Source: Dehalococcoidia bacterium (GTDB lineage Bacteria > Chloroflexota > Dehalococcoidia > Dehalococcoidales > UBA1222). From it: a stretch of 60,841 nucleotides of DNA. How positions within the stretch are numbered: position 1 is the stretch's first letter; each line of letters starts with the position of its first letter. The stretch covers positions 1 through 60,841 of the forward strand of contig WRNG01000001.1 of the NCBI GenBank assembly GCA_009776735.1, given 5' to 3'. The position numbers and the translations under genes are program-made. A model generated the notes under the pieces. The model saw only the letters and a program-made list of their open reading frames with translations, searched no databases and was not told the DNA's origin. Shown in pieces: positions 37,241 to 46,850 of this stretch.

Positions 37241-38608
37241 ATGAACCAAATACGCGGACGATTCCAAAAAGATGCCGCTGAGACGGTAATCAACTACACA
37301 AGTTCTCTCCCCTTTGACTGGCGGCTATATCACTTCGATATACGTGGCAGTATCGTCCATGCTCGTATGTTGGCTAAACAAAACCTTATTTCCACATCTG
37401 AAGCACAGGCTTTGGAAGAAGGGCTGAAAAAGGTTGAAGTTGAAATATCAGAGGGGAGGTTTGTACTTAAGCCTGAACTTGAAGACATTCATATGGCCAT
37501 TGAGCAAAGATTAGGTGAGATGGTAGGGGTAGTAGCCGGCAAACTGCATACCGCTCGCTCACGCAACGACCAAGTAGCTCTCGATACACGATTATTCACT
37601 CGAGATGCCATCCGCCAAATACAGACTGACATCAGAAAATTACAGTTTTCCTTAATTAAACAAGCTACAACAAATATCAACACACTCCTACCCGGTTACA
37701 CACATTTACAGCCAGCGCAGCCAGTGCTGCTAGCCCACCATCTGTTGGCTTATTTTGAAATGTTTGAACGTGATTATGCCCGCTTTGAAGATGCTTACCA
37801 ACGTGCGGATGTAATGCCTTTGGGAAGCGGAGCGTTAGCCGGTGCAGCCTATGACTTGGACCGCGAGTTTGTGGCAAATGAACTAGAATTTGCTCATATT
37901 AGCCAAAACAGCCTTGACGCTGTTTCTGATCGTGATTTTGTCATTGAATACTTATCCTGCGCAAGCCAATGCATGATGCACATTTCACGTCTGGCGGAGG
38001 AACTAGTGCTTTGGTCGTCAGCCGAATTTGCCTTTGTTGAAATGGATGACTCCTATGCTACCCCATCCTCAATTATGCCTCAAAAGAAGAATCCGGATGT
38101 GGCCGAACTAGGTCGAGGTAAAACCGGTCGTATTTACGGGCATTTAATGGGTATGCTCACTGCCATGAAGGGTTTACCGCTATCTTATAACCGTGATTTA
38201 CAAGAGGATAAGGAAGCTCTCTTTGATGCCCATGATACCCTTTCAGCTTCGCTTAACGTGTTTTCTGAAATGCTCCTAACGCTCTCTTTTAAGCCTCAAA
38301 ACATGGCGCGAGCACTGGCCCAAGGTTTTATTTTGGCTACCGACGTTGCTGATTACTTAGTAAAGAAAGGTCTCTCTTTCCGCGAAGCTCATGCCATCAC
38401 CGGCAGGTTAGTGACCAAAACCATCAGTAAAAGTAAAACCCTAGAGAGTTTGACACTGGCTGAATACCAAGAATTCAGTCCATTATTTGGCGATGACATT
38501 CTCCAAATCAGCGCCATTCGTTCGGTTGCTTCCAAAGATGTCTTAGGTGGAACAGCATATCAACAGGTCACAAAGCAATTGGAAAAAGCGCACAAGATTA
38601 TCTCATGA
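37241..38608 (+). CDS. argH: Argininosuccinate lyase
   Basis: Fumarate-lyase signature SSIMPQKKNPD. ATG at 37241 (MNQIRGRF...). Confidence 0.95.
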   Translation: MNQIRGRFQKDAAETVINYTSSLPFDWRLYHFDIRGSIVHARMLAKQNLISTSEAQALEEGLKKVEVEISEGRFVLKPELEDIHMAIEQRLGEMVGVVAGKLHTARSRNDQVALDTRLFTRDAIRQIQTDIRKLQFSLIKQATTNINTLLPGYTHLQPAQPVLLAHHLLAYFEMFERDYARFEDAYQRADVMPLGSGALAGAAYDLDREFVANELEFAHISQNSLDAVSDRDFVIEYLSCASQCMMHISRLAEELVLWSSAEFAFVEMDDSYATPSSIMPQKKNPDVAELGRGKTGRIYGHLMGMLTAMKGLPLSYNRDLQEDKEALFDAHDTLSASLNVFSEMLLTLSFKPQNMARALAQGFILATDVADYLVKKGLSFREAHAITGRLVTKTISKSKTLESLTLAEYQEFSPLFGDDILQISAIRSVASKDVLGGTAYQQVTKQLEKAHKIIS

Positions 38609-38936
38609 TCCATTAACAATTCCTCTGGCAAAGCCCACAAAAAACTGTTTACTGTAACTTTAGTACTGAAATACCTTTCTGGGATTAAAACAGGAGTTCA
38701 GCACTGAGTACCTCGTAATACCCTCCTCCCAGTCGTATATGGTTTGCCAATCAAGAACGTAGATGTCACTGGTCTGCTACTGACTTCGGACGATAGGGGT
38801 TATGATCCTTTCGGCTAGTTTTACCAACATGACAGCCACCCCTCTTTAGGTACACTATATTTACATATTCTCAAATAATCGGCTGTTATTAAAACTATGA
38901 CAGGATACTTATTGCAAAAGTAACAGCTATTTTGCT

Positions 38937-39650
38937 TTAAACCGTTTTGAATACGGAAAATCCAACTTTTATGCTTGATAATACCCTCAACATTATTGCG
39001 CGAACTTGAACTAAGCTCTGAGTCGCACTGCTACTTATTAGTTCACCTGTCGAGATATCAAATCTGTAAACAATGCCATCTAAGGTTGTAACTGTTAATA
39101 TGTTTTGCTCTGAATCAAATGTTCGGTCTTGCGTCTTTTCCCAAAAAATATGAGACACGGAAACTCCTCCTTTAGATACGTCCATAAGGAGATCTTTAAC
39201 TTGATATTCTTTAATAAGGAGTCCCTCATCAAAAAAGAGTATCGCCGTTCCGCTAGTCTCACCGTTATAATCCCAAGCACCAAATCCATTGACTCCTATA
39301 CCTTGGTTGCTTGCCCACGGAAAATTGACGAAATACATGCCGTCTTCCGAAAACAATACACTGCCTTCATATAATTCAAAGCCTAGACCGGGCCATAACG
39401 AGGTTTCATCATAATAATAGATATTAATTAAAGGATCAGTGTTGTAGTATAAACCAGTTTTCGGTCTCGCTTCGCCATCTACGGAGTAATAGTATCTTGG
39501 GGTATAGTAAAAAATCTTTCTTCCATCATCAAAAGTCATTTGGAAAGGACTAGGTATTGCAGGGGAATCAGCCGCAACATATGTGACACTAAGAGGTGCG
39601 CAGAGCACAAACACGCAAACAACCAATAACATATTTTTAAGCTTCATCAT
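38937..39650 (-). CDS. Secreted Tyr-rich protein, unknown function
   Basis: 237 aa. Signal peptide MMKLKNMLLVVCVFVLCAPLSVTYVAA, strong SD AAGGAGGA. Many YY/YYY runs. No recognisable family. Confidence 0.7.
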   Translation of the reverse strand: MMKLKNMLLVVCVFVLCAPLSVTYVAADSPAIPSPFQMTFDDGRKIFYYTPRYYYSVDGEARPKTGLYYNTDPLINIYYYDETSLWPGLGFELYEGSVLFSEDGMYFVNFPWASNQGIGVNGFGAWDYNGETSGTAILFFDEGLLIKEYQVKDLLMDVSKGGVSVSHIFWEKTQDRTFDSEQNILTVTTLDGIVYRFDISTGELISSSATQSLVQVRAIMLRVLSSIKVGFSVFKTV

Positions 39651-39702
39651 TTGTTTCCTCCTTGTTATTAGGCGCTATGGTACATTCCAAATTCTGCGGA
39701 TA

Positions 39703-40296
39703 TTAACCGATAGGGATATCACCATCAACTATTTTGCCAATAACCTCCACAATAAACTCATGCTCTCTCTCCAGTACTCTGGCAGCTAAAATCTCCGCGG
39801 TGTCATAGGGCAACACTGGCACAGTAGTTTGAGCCACAATTTCACCTCTGTCGTATTCATCATTTACCCTATGAATAGTTATTCCCGAGATTTTTTCCTG
39901 TGCCTTCACTACAGCCTGATGCACAGTTATACCATACATCCCCTGCCCTCCATATTTTGGCAGTAAAGACGGATGAATATTGAACACTCGGTTATGGTAC
40001 TTCTTTACGATATCGTGTCCAAATCTCTTCAGATAACCTGCTAAAAAAATTATGTCGGTTTGATGAGCATCCAAAAGCTTTAATATTTCGTTGTTCATTA
40101 CGTATTCGTTACCATACACTTTAGCGCTTACATGGTAGCTGTCAATGTTAGCTTCCTTTGCCCTTAGTAACGCTCTTGAATCAGAGTTGTTGCTGAACAC
40201 AGCACAAACACGAGCTTTGAGCTTGCCCTTTCGGCAAGCATCAATCACCGCTTGGAGATCTGACCCATTGTGAGAAGCAAAAATGGCAACGTTCAT
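39703..40296 (-). CDS. purN: Phosphoribosylglycinamide formyltransferase
   Basis: 197 aa. IFASHNGSDLQAVIDA, NIHPSLLPKYGG, conserved Asp region. Confidence 0.9.
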   Translation of the reverse strand: MNVAIFASHNGSDLQAVIDACRKGKLKARVCAVFSNNSDSRALLRAKEANIDSYHVSAKVYGNEYVMNNEILKLLDAHQTDIIFLAGYLKRFGHDIVKKYHNRVFNIHPSLLPKYGGQGMYGITVHQAVVKAQEKISGITIHRVNDEYDRGEIVAQTTVPVLPYDTAEILAARVLEREHEFIVEVIGKIVDGDIPIG

Positions 40297-40433
40297 TTTT
40301 CACCGCCGAAAAGAATTCATAACCAGTAAATGTACTTCTTGTGTATATGATATCAAAAAAACGAGTTATCCAAAGGCCGGCGAAATTGGAAAACACTATT
40401 TCCATTATGCAGTATTTACTAATCTGTGGCAAC

Positions 40434-40458
40434 AAAAAAGCCGAGGGAGTTCCTCGGC
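40434..40458 (-). terminator. Intrinsic terminator after rpmB
   Basis: Stem GCCGAGG / CCTCGGC (40440-40446 / 40452-40458). An A-run at 40434-39 on the plus strand gives a U-run on the minus strand. Confidence 0.7.
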
Positions 40459-40487
40459 TTGCTCAGAAGATAATGCAGTCTTATTAG

Positions 40488-40676
40488 TTATACGCCAGTG
40501 GCGTGCTTTTGCTCGGTACGTAGACAACGAGTACAAACAGCCAAGCGAACCTGCTTTCCGTCACGCATCACTCGCGCTGATTGAATATTGGCAACCCAAC
40601 GATGGTTAGTGCGACGCTTGGAATGGCTCACGTTATGGCCGAATTGCTGAGCTTTGCCGCAGATATCGCATTTCAT
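40488..40676 (-). CDS. rpmB: 50S ribosomal protein L28
   Basis: 62 aa. MKCDICGKAQQFGHNVSHSKRRTNHRW. Confidence 0.9.
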   Translation of the reverse strand: MKCDICGKAQQFGHNVSHSKRRTNHRWVANIQSARVMRDGKQVRLAVCTRCLRTEQKHATGV

Positions 40677-40761
40677 GAATCTTTTCCTTTCCTTTGACTA
40701 TCACTTACAATTATAGTAAAATGCCAGTTCAAACAATAGATACTATCACAACAGCGCAATT

Positions 40762-40789
40762 TTGACAAGCGCGGTAAATTGAATATAAG
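40762..40789 (+). promoter_or_regulatory. Candidate sigma-70 promoter for the fakA operon
   Basis: TTGACA (40762-40767), 16-nt spacer, TATAAG (40784-40789). Confidence 0.45.
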
Positions 40790-40804
40790 AGCATCTGTAA
40801 AAGG

Positions 40805-42466
40805 ATGGTTAATAAAAGTATGAAGCACTCTCACGTGATTAACGGGACTAAGTTCCGCGATATGTTTGCAGCCGCAACTTCCTGGCTTGAGAAAAGTTCC
40901 TCCGAAATTGATGCCCTCAACGTTTTCCCTGTACCTGACGGAGACACTGGCACCAATATGTTGCTCACAATGCGCTCTACCATTGAAGCAGGGTACAAAA
41001 TATCTGAACCGATCAGCGTTTCAGAGGTAGTACAAGCAATGGCCACCGGCGCATTAATGGGAGCTCGTGGCAATTCTGGTGTCATCCTTTCCCAAATTTG
41101 GAGCGGTTTAGCTATCGGCTTAAGCGAGAAAGAAACTTTCAATGGCAAAGAACTTGCCTATGCTTTAGCCAAAGCCTCTGAAACAGCTTATAAAGGGGTC
41201 AGCAATCCAGTCGAAGGCACTATCCTCACGGTTCTGAAAGATATTTCCTCTGCCAGTCAAAAACAAGCTTCTAAAAATGGCGGAGATGTGCTCTCTGTAC
41301 TGGAAGCGGCAGTAACCGCTGCCGCCGAATCAGTTGCCAATACTCCAACTATTCTGCCGGTACTCAAAGAAGCCGGCGTGGTTGATGCTGGAGGGCAAGG
41401 ACTGTTTACCATTTTGGACGGAGCATTACGCTTTCTAAGGGGCGAGGCCGAATTGATGCAATTCCGCAAACCCCAACTGGTCTCTGCCGTAATCCCCTTA
41501 ACTCCTATTGTCGTTACTGCCCCTACATCAATTGGCACCGACGAAGTTCCTTATGGGTACTGCACCGAATTTCTTCTAAAAGGCAAGGATTTAGAGCCGG
41601 AAAAAATCAAACGCAAGTTAATCCGCCGCGGACAGTCTTTGATTGTGGTCGGCGATGACACTACCGTACGTGTTCATGTCCACAGTATTGACCCCGGCAA
41701 TATCATTCACTTTGCCACCACGTTAGGCACCGTGCATCATGTATCAATCCGCAATATGGACGAACAGCATCAGGATTTCTTAGAAATGCAAAAAAACCGC
41801 GCTCCTGCCTCCGATATTGAGGTGCTAGCGGTATCTTCCGGCAAAGGGCTGGCCGATGTATTCACCAGCTTAGGAGTTGCCGGAATTATTCATGGCGGCC
41901 AGTCAATGAACCCTTCGACTAAAGATATTCTTGATGCGGTTGAGAAACTATACTCAAACCAAGTAATCATCCTTCCCAATAATAAAAACATCGTCTTGAC
42001 AGCGAACAAAGTCAAGGAACTCACCAAGAAAAAGGTCCATGTGATTCCGACCACAACCATCCCGCAGGGTATTGCCACTTTGCTAGCCTTCGATTATGAG
42101 GCCGATTACGAAACTAACATCAAACTTATGACCGAGGCCATGAGCGGCGTCAAAACCGTTGAGGTCACCCGTGCCATACGTTCGACAACTTTCAGTGGGC
42201 TGAAAATAAAGAAAAAACAGGCTATCGGCCTTCTTGACGACGCAATTGTCACCGTAGCTGACAACCCACAAAAAGCACTTTGTAGCACACTATCCAGAGC
42301 CGGCATTAAAAAGGCTGAAGTAGTTACGCTTTATTATGGTGAAGATACCACCGAAGCTGATGCCCTTGTTGTTAAAGAAAGCATCTTGGCAAAATATCCT
42401 TCTCTGCAACTGGAAATCGTAAACGGCGGACAGCCGCATTACAATTACATTGGCTCTGTAGAGTAA
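40805..42466 (+). CDS. fakA: DAK2-domain fusion protein YloV / fatty acid kinase subunit FakA
   Basis: 553 aa. N-terminal Dak2 domain (PVPDGDTGTNM) plus a C-terminal domain. Classical rpmB-yloV-...-recG neighbourhood. Confidence 0.8.
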   Translation: MVNKSMKHSHVINGTKFRDMFAAATSWLEKSSSEIDALNVFPVPDGDTGTNMLLTMRSTIEAGYKISEPISVSEVVQAMATGALMGARGNSGVILSQIWSGLAIGLSEKETFNGKELAYALAKASETAYKGVSNPVEGTILTVLKDISSASQKQASKNGGDVLSVLEAAVTAAAESVANTPTILPVLKEAGVVDAGGQGLFTILDGALRFLRGEAELMQFRKPQLVSAVIPLTPIVVTAPTSIGTDEVPYGYCTEFLLKGKDLEPEKIKRKLIRRGQSLIVVGDDTTVRVHVHSIDPGNIIHFATTLGTVHHVSIRNMDEQHQDFLEMQKNRAPASDIEVLAVSSGKGLADVFTSLGVAGIIHGGQSMNPSTKDILDAVEKLYSNQVIILPNNKNIVLTANKVKELTKKKVHVIPTTTIPQGIATLLAFDYEADYETNIKLMTEAMSGVKTVEVTRAIRSTTFSGLKIKKKQAIGLLDDAIVTVADNPQKALCSTLSRAGIKKAEVVTLYYGEDTTEADALVVKESILAKYPSLQLEIVNGGQPHYNYIGSVE

Positions 42467-42489
42467 ACCACGCGGAATAGGAGGGAAGC

Positions 42490-43326
42490 ATGGCTGTTAA
42501 AATTGTTACTGACAGCACGTCTGACATTCCTGCCAGTATAGCTCAGGCTCTTGGTATTACAGTTGTGCCTATGACGCTTCTATTTGGACAGGAATCGTTC
42601 CGTGACCGCGTCGATATCTCAATTGAGGAATTCTACCGTCGATTGACTCAAGAAGATATCGCTCCAACCACTACCCAGCCACCTCCCGGTGTTTTTACCA
42701 ATGTTTGCCAACAAATCCTCCACAATGGAGATGCAGTGCTAGCTATTGTGATTTCAAGCAAACTCAGCGGCCTCTACAGTTCAATCATCAATGCCTTCGA
42801 TACAATAACTGGAAAAGAGCACTTTTACGTTATCGATTCTAAGCTTACCTCGCTCAGCCTAGGGCTGGTAGTTATTGAGGCCGCAAGAATGGCTCAAAAC
42901 GGCGCTGGTTTGGCTGAAATATCGTCCACAGTTAATTCTCTCATTGCTAAAAGCAATACGGTTATGGCCTTTGACACCTTAAAATATCTGGCCAAAGGTG
43001 GACGCATTGGCAAAGCTCAATGTTTACTCGGTTCATTACTACCAGTTAAGCCAGTCCTGATACTTAAAGATGGTGAAATTACACCACTTACCAGGTTGCG
43101 TTCTATGACCACCGTGAGCGACTATCTATTCAACCAAATTGCAGGCTTGAAGAAGGTTTCCGCCTTGGGTGTCGGGCACGCTACCACACCCGATACAGCT
43201 TACGCTTTACTCAACAGACTTGCGGTATTTTTCCCAAAAGAGCAGATGATCCATTCTCCAATCAGTCCGGTGCTGGGTGTTTACGCCGGACCCAATGTTT
43301 TATCAATTTCGTATATTGAGGAGTAG
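42490..43326 (+). CDS. DegV family fatty-acid-binding protein (FakB-like) 1
   Basis: 278 aa. VKIVTDSTSDIP start and TTQPPPG motif typical of DegV. Confidence 0.85.
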   Translation: MAVKIVTDSTSDIPASIAQALGITVVPMTLLFGQESFRDRVDISIEEFYRRLTQEDIAPTTTQPPPGVFTNVCQQILHNGDAVLAIVISSKLSGLYSSIINAFDTITGKEHFYVIDSKLTSLSLGLVVIEAARMAQNGAGLAEISSTVNSLIAKSNTVMAFDTLKYLAKGGRIGKAQCLLGSLLPVKPVLILKDGEITPLTRLRSMTTVSDYLFNQIAGLKKVSALGVGHATTPDTAYALLNRLAVFFPKEQMIHSPISPVLGVYAGPNVLSISYIEE

Positions 43327-43334
43327 GTTATAAC

Positions 43335-44276
43335 ATGACAGTACGTATTGTTACCGACAGCACTTCCGACATCCCCTCTGAACTGGCGCAAGAACTGGAC
43401 ATCACCATCGTCCCTGTTTATGTCAATATGCAAGGGAAGTCGTATCGTGACAGGATTGAAATCTCACCTGAAACCGTTTATCAAAATATGATTGAGAACG
43501 AAATCCCCATCACTACATCCCAACCAACGCCAAACGATTTCGCCGAAACATACAAGAATGTTTTGAAAGAAGCCGATGAAATCGTATCCATCCAATGTTC
43601 GACTCACATTTCTGGCTTGTATCAATCAGCACTCCAAGGCCGTGATTTGGCCCAAGGCAAGGGACGGATTGAAGTTGTTGATTCCACAATGACATCCATC
43701 GGCTTAGGAGTTGTGGCAATTGTGGCGGCCCGTCTGGCTAAAAGTGGGGCATCTCTTTCCAGTGTTTTAGATGAAGCCCGCAAAACAATTGCCCACATGC
43801 ACATTTGGGGCGTATTCAATACCTTAAAATATGCTTTGCGTGGCGGTCGGCTGAGTAAAATCACCTCCAAGCTGGGAAGTATGCTCAGTGTTAAACCGAT
43901 GCTAACCATTAAAGAAGGTGTTTTGCGACCGACAGGAATCGTGCGCACTCGAGCCAAGGGAATGGAAAAAATATTCGAGAATATCCTAAAATACAAAAAC
44001 ATTCACGATATCGGTATTGTCCACAGCAATGCTCCTGAAGATGCTCAAAAACTGCGCGCTAAATTGTCAGCCATTGTCGATGAAAACCGCATATACCTCG
44101 CGCCGTTAGGACCAGCAGTAGGTGTACATGGAGGCCCGGGAGCATTAGTCGTGGCCATAAACGCTTCTGAAACGCCTATGAACGCCGCTGAAGACGCTAT
44201 TGAAAAATCACGCCTGCACATGCCTCATTTGCCTTCATTCCGTTCTCCCAAATTAAATATGGCTCCTTCATCTTGA
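43335..44276 (+). CDS. DegV family fatty-acid-binding protein (FakB-like) 2, with about 35-aa C-terminal extension
   Basis: 313 aa. VRIVTDSTSDIP and TTSQPTP. Extra tail ETPMNAAEDAIEKSRLHMPHLPSFRSPKLNMAPSS. Confidence 0.85.
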   Translation: MTVRIVTDSTSDIPSELAQELDITIVPVYVNMQGKSYRDRIEISPETVYQNMIENEIPITTSQPTPNDFAETYKNVLKEADEIVSIQCSTHISGLYQSALQGRDLAQGKGRIEVVDSTMTSIGLGVVAIVAARLAKSGASLSSVLDEARKTIAHMHIWGVFNTLKYALRGGRLSKITSKLGSMLSVKPMLTIKEGVLRPTGIVRTRAKGMEKIFENILKYKNIHDIGIVHSNAPEDAQKLRAKLSAIVDENRIYLAPLGPAVGVHGGPGALVVAINASETPMNAAEDAIEKSRLHMPHLPSFRSPKLNMAPSS

Positions 44277-44291
44277 TAGTGGATCGGAATA

Positions 44292-46757
44292 ATGCCGATC
44301 GACAATTCGCGCCTACGTCAAATTTTAGAACTGGAAAAAAAACAGGGCTATAACGACAAGGCCGTTTTCGGTGGTTTAGACAAGTTCCTTTCTCTTTGGT
44401 GGGTGCAAACCGCAGGTCAAATCACTCTGCCAGCCAAACTAAAACAAATCCGGAAACTGCTCCCTCCGGCGTTTAGCTATTCAGATGCCACGCCTGCAGA
44501 CCGTGCCGATTGGGCAGGAAACTTGTTTGAATTACTGAATGAACAATCCAGCGCCAAAAAAACAGTAACCAAGCAAGCACCTTCCTCTATGAGCGTATCG
44601 CCAACACGGAGAAGCAATCCCACCAAAACGATGATGACAACATCTGATGCAAGCCTTGAATTGCCAATCTCTTCGATAAAAGGGATTGCAGTGGCACTAT
44701 CGACACGTTTCGCTAAAATCGGAGTGCGTTCCATTCGAGACCTTTTATATTATTTTCCCAATCGTCATTTGGATTACAGCCGTCTGCTGCCCATCTCAGG
44801 GCTCAGTGAAAATAAAGAACAGACCATAATAGCCAACGTATGGGAAGTGCGTGTTATGGTTTTACATGGCAAACGCCACAGTGAAGCCATCTTGGGTGAT
44901 GAAACTGGCAATGTGAGAGCGATTTGGTTCAACAATCCCTTTGTCACCCGCCAAATGAAAAATGGCGACCGCGTTGTGATGAGCGGTCGGGTTAGGATAT
45001 TCGCTGGCAGGCCAGTTTTTGAGTCCCCCGAATGGGAGATCTATGAAGAAGGAACGTTGATTCATACCGGACGGATGGTCCCAATGTACCCGTTAACATC
45101 AGGATTGCACCAAAGGCAAGTGCGAAAACTGATTAAAAACATTGTGGACACTTATGCCGAACAACAGTCTGAATTCATACCGCAGAATATATTGAGCAAG
45201 CGTAATTTGATGACACTCAGTGAAGCAATCAGCCAAGCGCACTTTCCGCATGATTGGGCACATAAGGAACAAGCCCGCCAACGGTTGGCCTTTAACGAGC
45301 TTCTCCTGTTGCAAATCGGCGTGATGGCAAAAAAACGCAAATGGCAAAAAGAACAGCCTAGCCTTCCGCTAAGAATCGAGACTGGAATTTATGAAAAACT
45401 CATAGCTTCGCTCCCTTTCGCACTAACCGGTGCGCAAAAGCAAGCAATTGGCGAAATATACGCTGATATCAGTAAACCGATTGCCATGTCAAGGTTATTA
45501 CAGGGAGAGGTCGGTAGCGGCAAAACAATTGTGGCTCTGGCGGCTCTATTGATGGGAGTCGCAAACAATTGCCAAGGAGCTCTCATGGCGCCAACCGAGA
45601 TCCTGGCCACACAGCATTTCCAAAGCGTCAGTAAACTACTCAGCAATCTGGGTCAGCAAATAGAACAGAGCGATTCATTTTGCTCTTTCTCTGGCATTAT
45701 GGAAAAATCCATTGGTGTGGCGCTGCTTATTTCCGATAATAAGGGCGCCACCAAGAAAGAGTTAAAAAAGGCCCTTTCAGATGCTAAAATTGACATCATA
45801 ATCGGAACACATGCTCTGATTCAAAAGGAAGTCTCTTTCGCCAAACTGGGGCTTGTGGTAATAGACGAACAGCATCGGTTCGGTGTTGAACAACGTTCAG
45901 CCCTCCGCCAAAAGGGCTACAATCCGCACATGTTGGTAATGACAGCTACCCCGATTCCACGCACTCTGGCTTTAACCATTTACGGAGACCTTGATTTATC
46001 AGTGCTTGACGAACTGCCACCGGGCCGTCAAGCCATTAAAACAAAATGGTTTTCACAGGCTCAACGTGAGTCCGCCTATCGCTTCCTGCGTAAAGCGGTC
46101 TCTTCCGGACGACAAGCTTTCATCATCTGTCCATTAGTCGAGGAATCAGATGCTGTACAGGCCAAAGCCGCCATGGCCGAATACCAACGCTTATCCCAGC
46201 AGGTCTTTCCTGATTTGCGCTTATCATTACTTCATGGACGCATGTCCGCAACGGAAAAAGAAAATGTGATGCAAACCTTTAATAAACACGAAAGCGATAT
46301 TTTAGTTTCAACACCAGTAGTTGAGGTTGGAATTGATGTGCCTAATGCTACGGTAATGATGATTGAGAGCGCCGATCGTTTCGGGTTGTCACAACTGCAT
46401 CAATTCCGCGGGCGTGTCGGTCGCGGCGTACATCAAAGCTATTGTATGCTTATGTCAGATAACCCCTCTCTAATCGGACGCCAAAGGTTGGATATCATTG
46501 AAACAACTCAAGACGGTTTCAAACTGGCTGACGAAGACCTTAAACTGCGCGGTCCGGGCGAGTTTTTCGGGACCAGACAATCCGGGCTACCGGATTTGCG
46601 TATGGCCAAACTGTCTGATATTTCGCTTTTGGAAATGGCGCGAAATGAGGCAACCCTACTATTTGAATCAGATCCGGATCTAAAAACGAGTGAACACCAA
46701 AAACTGGCTTTAGAAATGGCCAGAGTATGGGGAAACAAAAGTGGAGAGTGGAGCTAA
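44292..46757 (+). CDS. recG: ATP-dependent DNA helicase RecG
   Basis: 821 aa. Wedge domain, helicase motifs GEVGSGKT, DEQHRFG, MTATPIPRT, QLHQFRGRVGRG. About 125-aa N-terminal extension. Confidence 0.9.
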   Translation: MPIDNSRLRQILELEKKQGYNDKAVFGGLDKFLSLWWVQTAGQITLPAKLKQIRKLLPPAFSYSDATPADRADWAGNLFELLNEQSSAKKTVTKQAPSSMSVSPTRRSNPTKTMMTTSDASLELPISSIKGIAVALSTRFAKIGVRSIRDLLYYFPNRHLDYSRLLPISGLSENKEQTIIANVWEVRVMVLHGKRHSEAILGDETGNVRAIWFNNPFVTRQMKNGDRVVMSGRVRIFAGRPVFESPEWEIYEEGTLIHTGRMVPMYPLTSGLHQRQVRKLIKNIVDTYAEQQSEFIPQNILSKRNLMTLSEAISQAHFPHDWAHKEQARQRLAFNELLLLQIGVMAKKRKWQKEQPSLPLRIETGIYEKLIASLPFALTGAQKQAIGEIYADISKPIAMSRLLQGEVGSGKTIVALAALLMGVANNCQGALMAPTEILATQHFQSVSKLLSNLGQQIEQSDSFCSFSGIMEKSIGVALLISDNKGATKKELKKALSDAKIDIIIGTHALIQKEVSFAKLGLVVIDEQHRFGVEQRSALRQKGYNPHMLVMTATPIPRTLALTIYGDLDLSVLDELPPGRQAIKTKWFSQAQRESAYRFLRKAVSSGRQAFIICPLVEESDAVQAKAAMAEYQRLSQQVFPDLRLSLLHGRMSATEKENVMQTFNKHESDILVSTPVVEVGIDVPNATVMMIESADRFGLSQLHQFRGRVGRGVHQSYCMLMSDNPSLIGRQRLDIIETTQDGFKLADEDLKLRGPGEFFGTRQSGLPDLRMAKLSDISLLEMARNEATLLFESDPDLKTSEHQKLALEMARVWGNKSGEWS

Positions 46758-46850
46758 ATTGAAAACTCATCTTTCTGCAAAAATATTTTGCCGTATAGTG
46801 CCTTGTTAACCAATAAAAACATCCTTTAATACGTCTAACTAATAAATGCC

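Noticed and set aside
38609-38936. The in-frame TAG of the small minus-strand ORF read as a pyrrolysine or readthrough codon.
   Set aside because: There is no pyl gene, no PYLIS-like context and no other evidence in the window. A pseudogene or chance ORF is far more parsimonious.
40283-40609. 108-aa plus-strand ORF spanning the purN-rpmB intergenic region and overlapping rpmB antisense.
   Set aside because: It overlaps the well-supported L28 gene and its terminator, and has no SD and no motif.
46780-46850. Possible ECF-type autoregulated promoter (AAC ... CGTCT) upstream of the sigma factor gene.
   Set aside because: The CGTCTA box is present, but the nearest AAC-containing -35 candidates lie 11 or 21 nt away, not the 16-17 nt expected. 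This cannot be supported from a single sequence.
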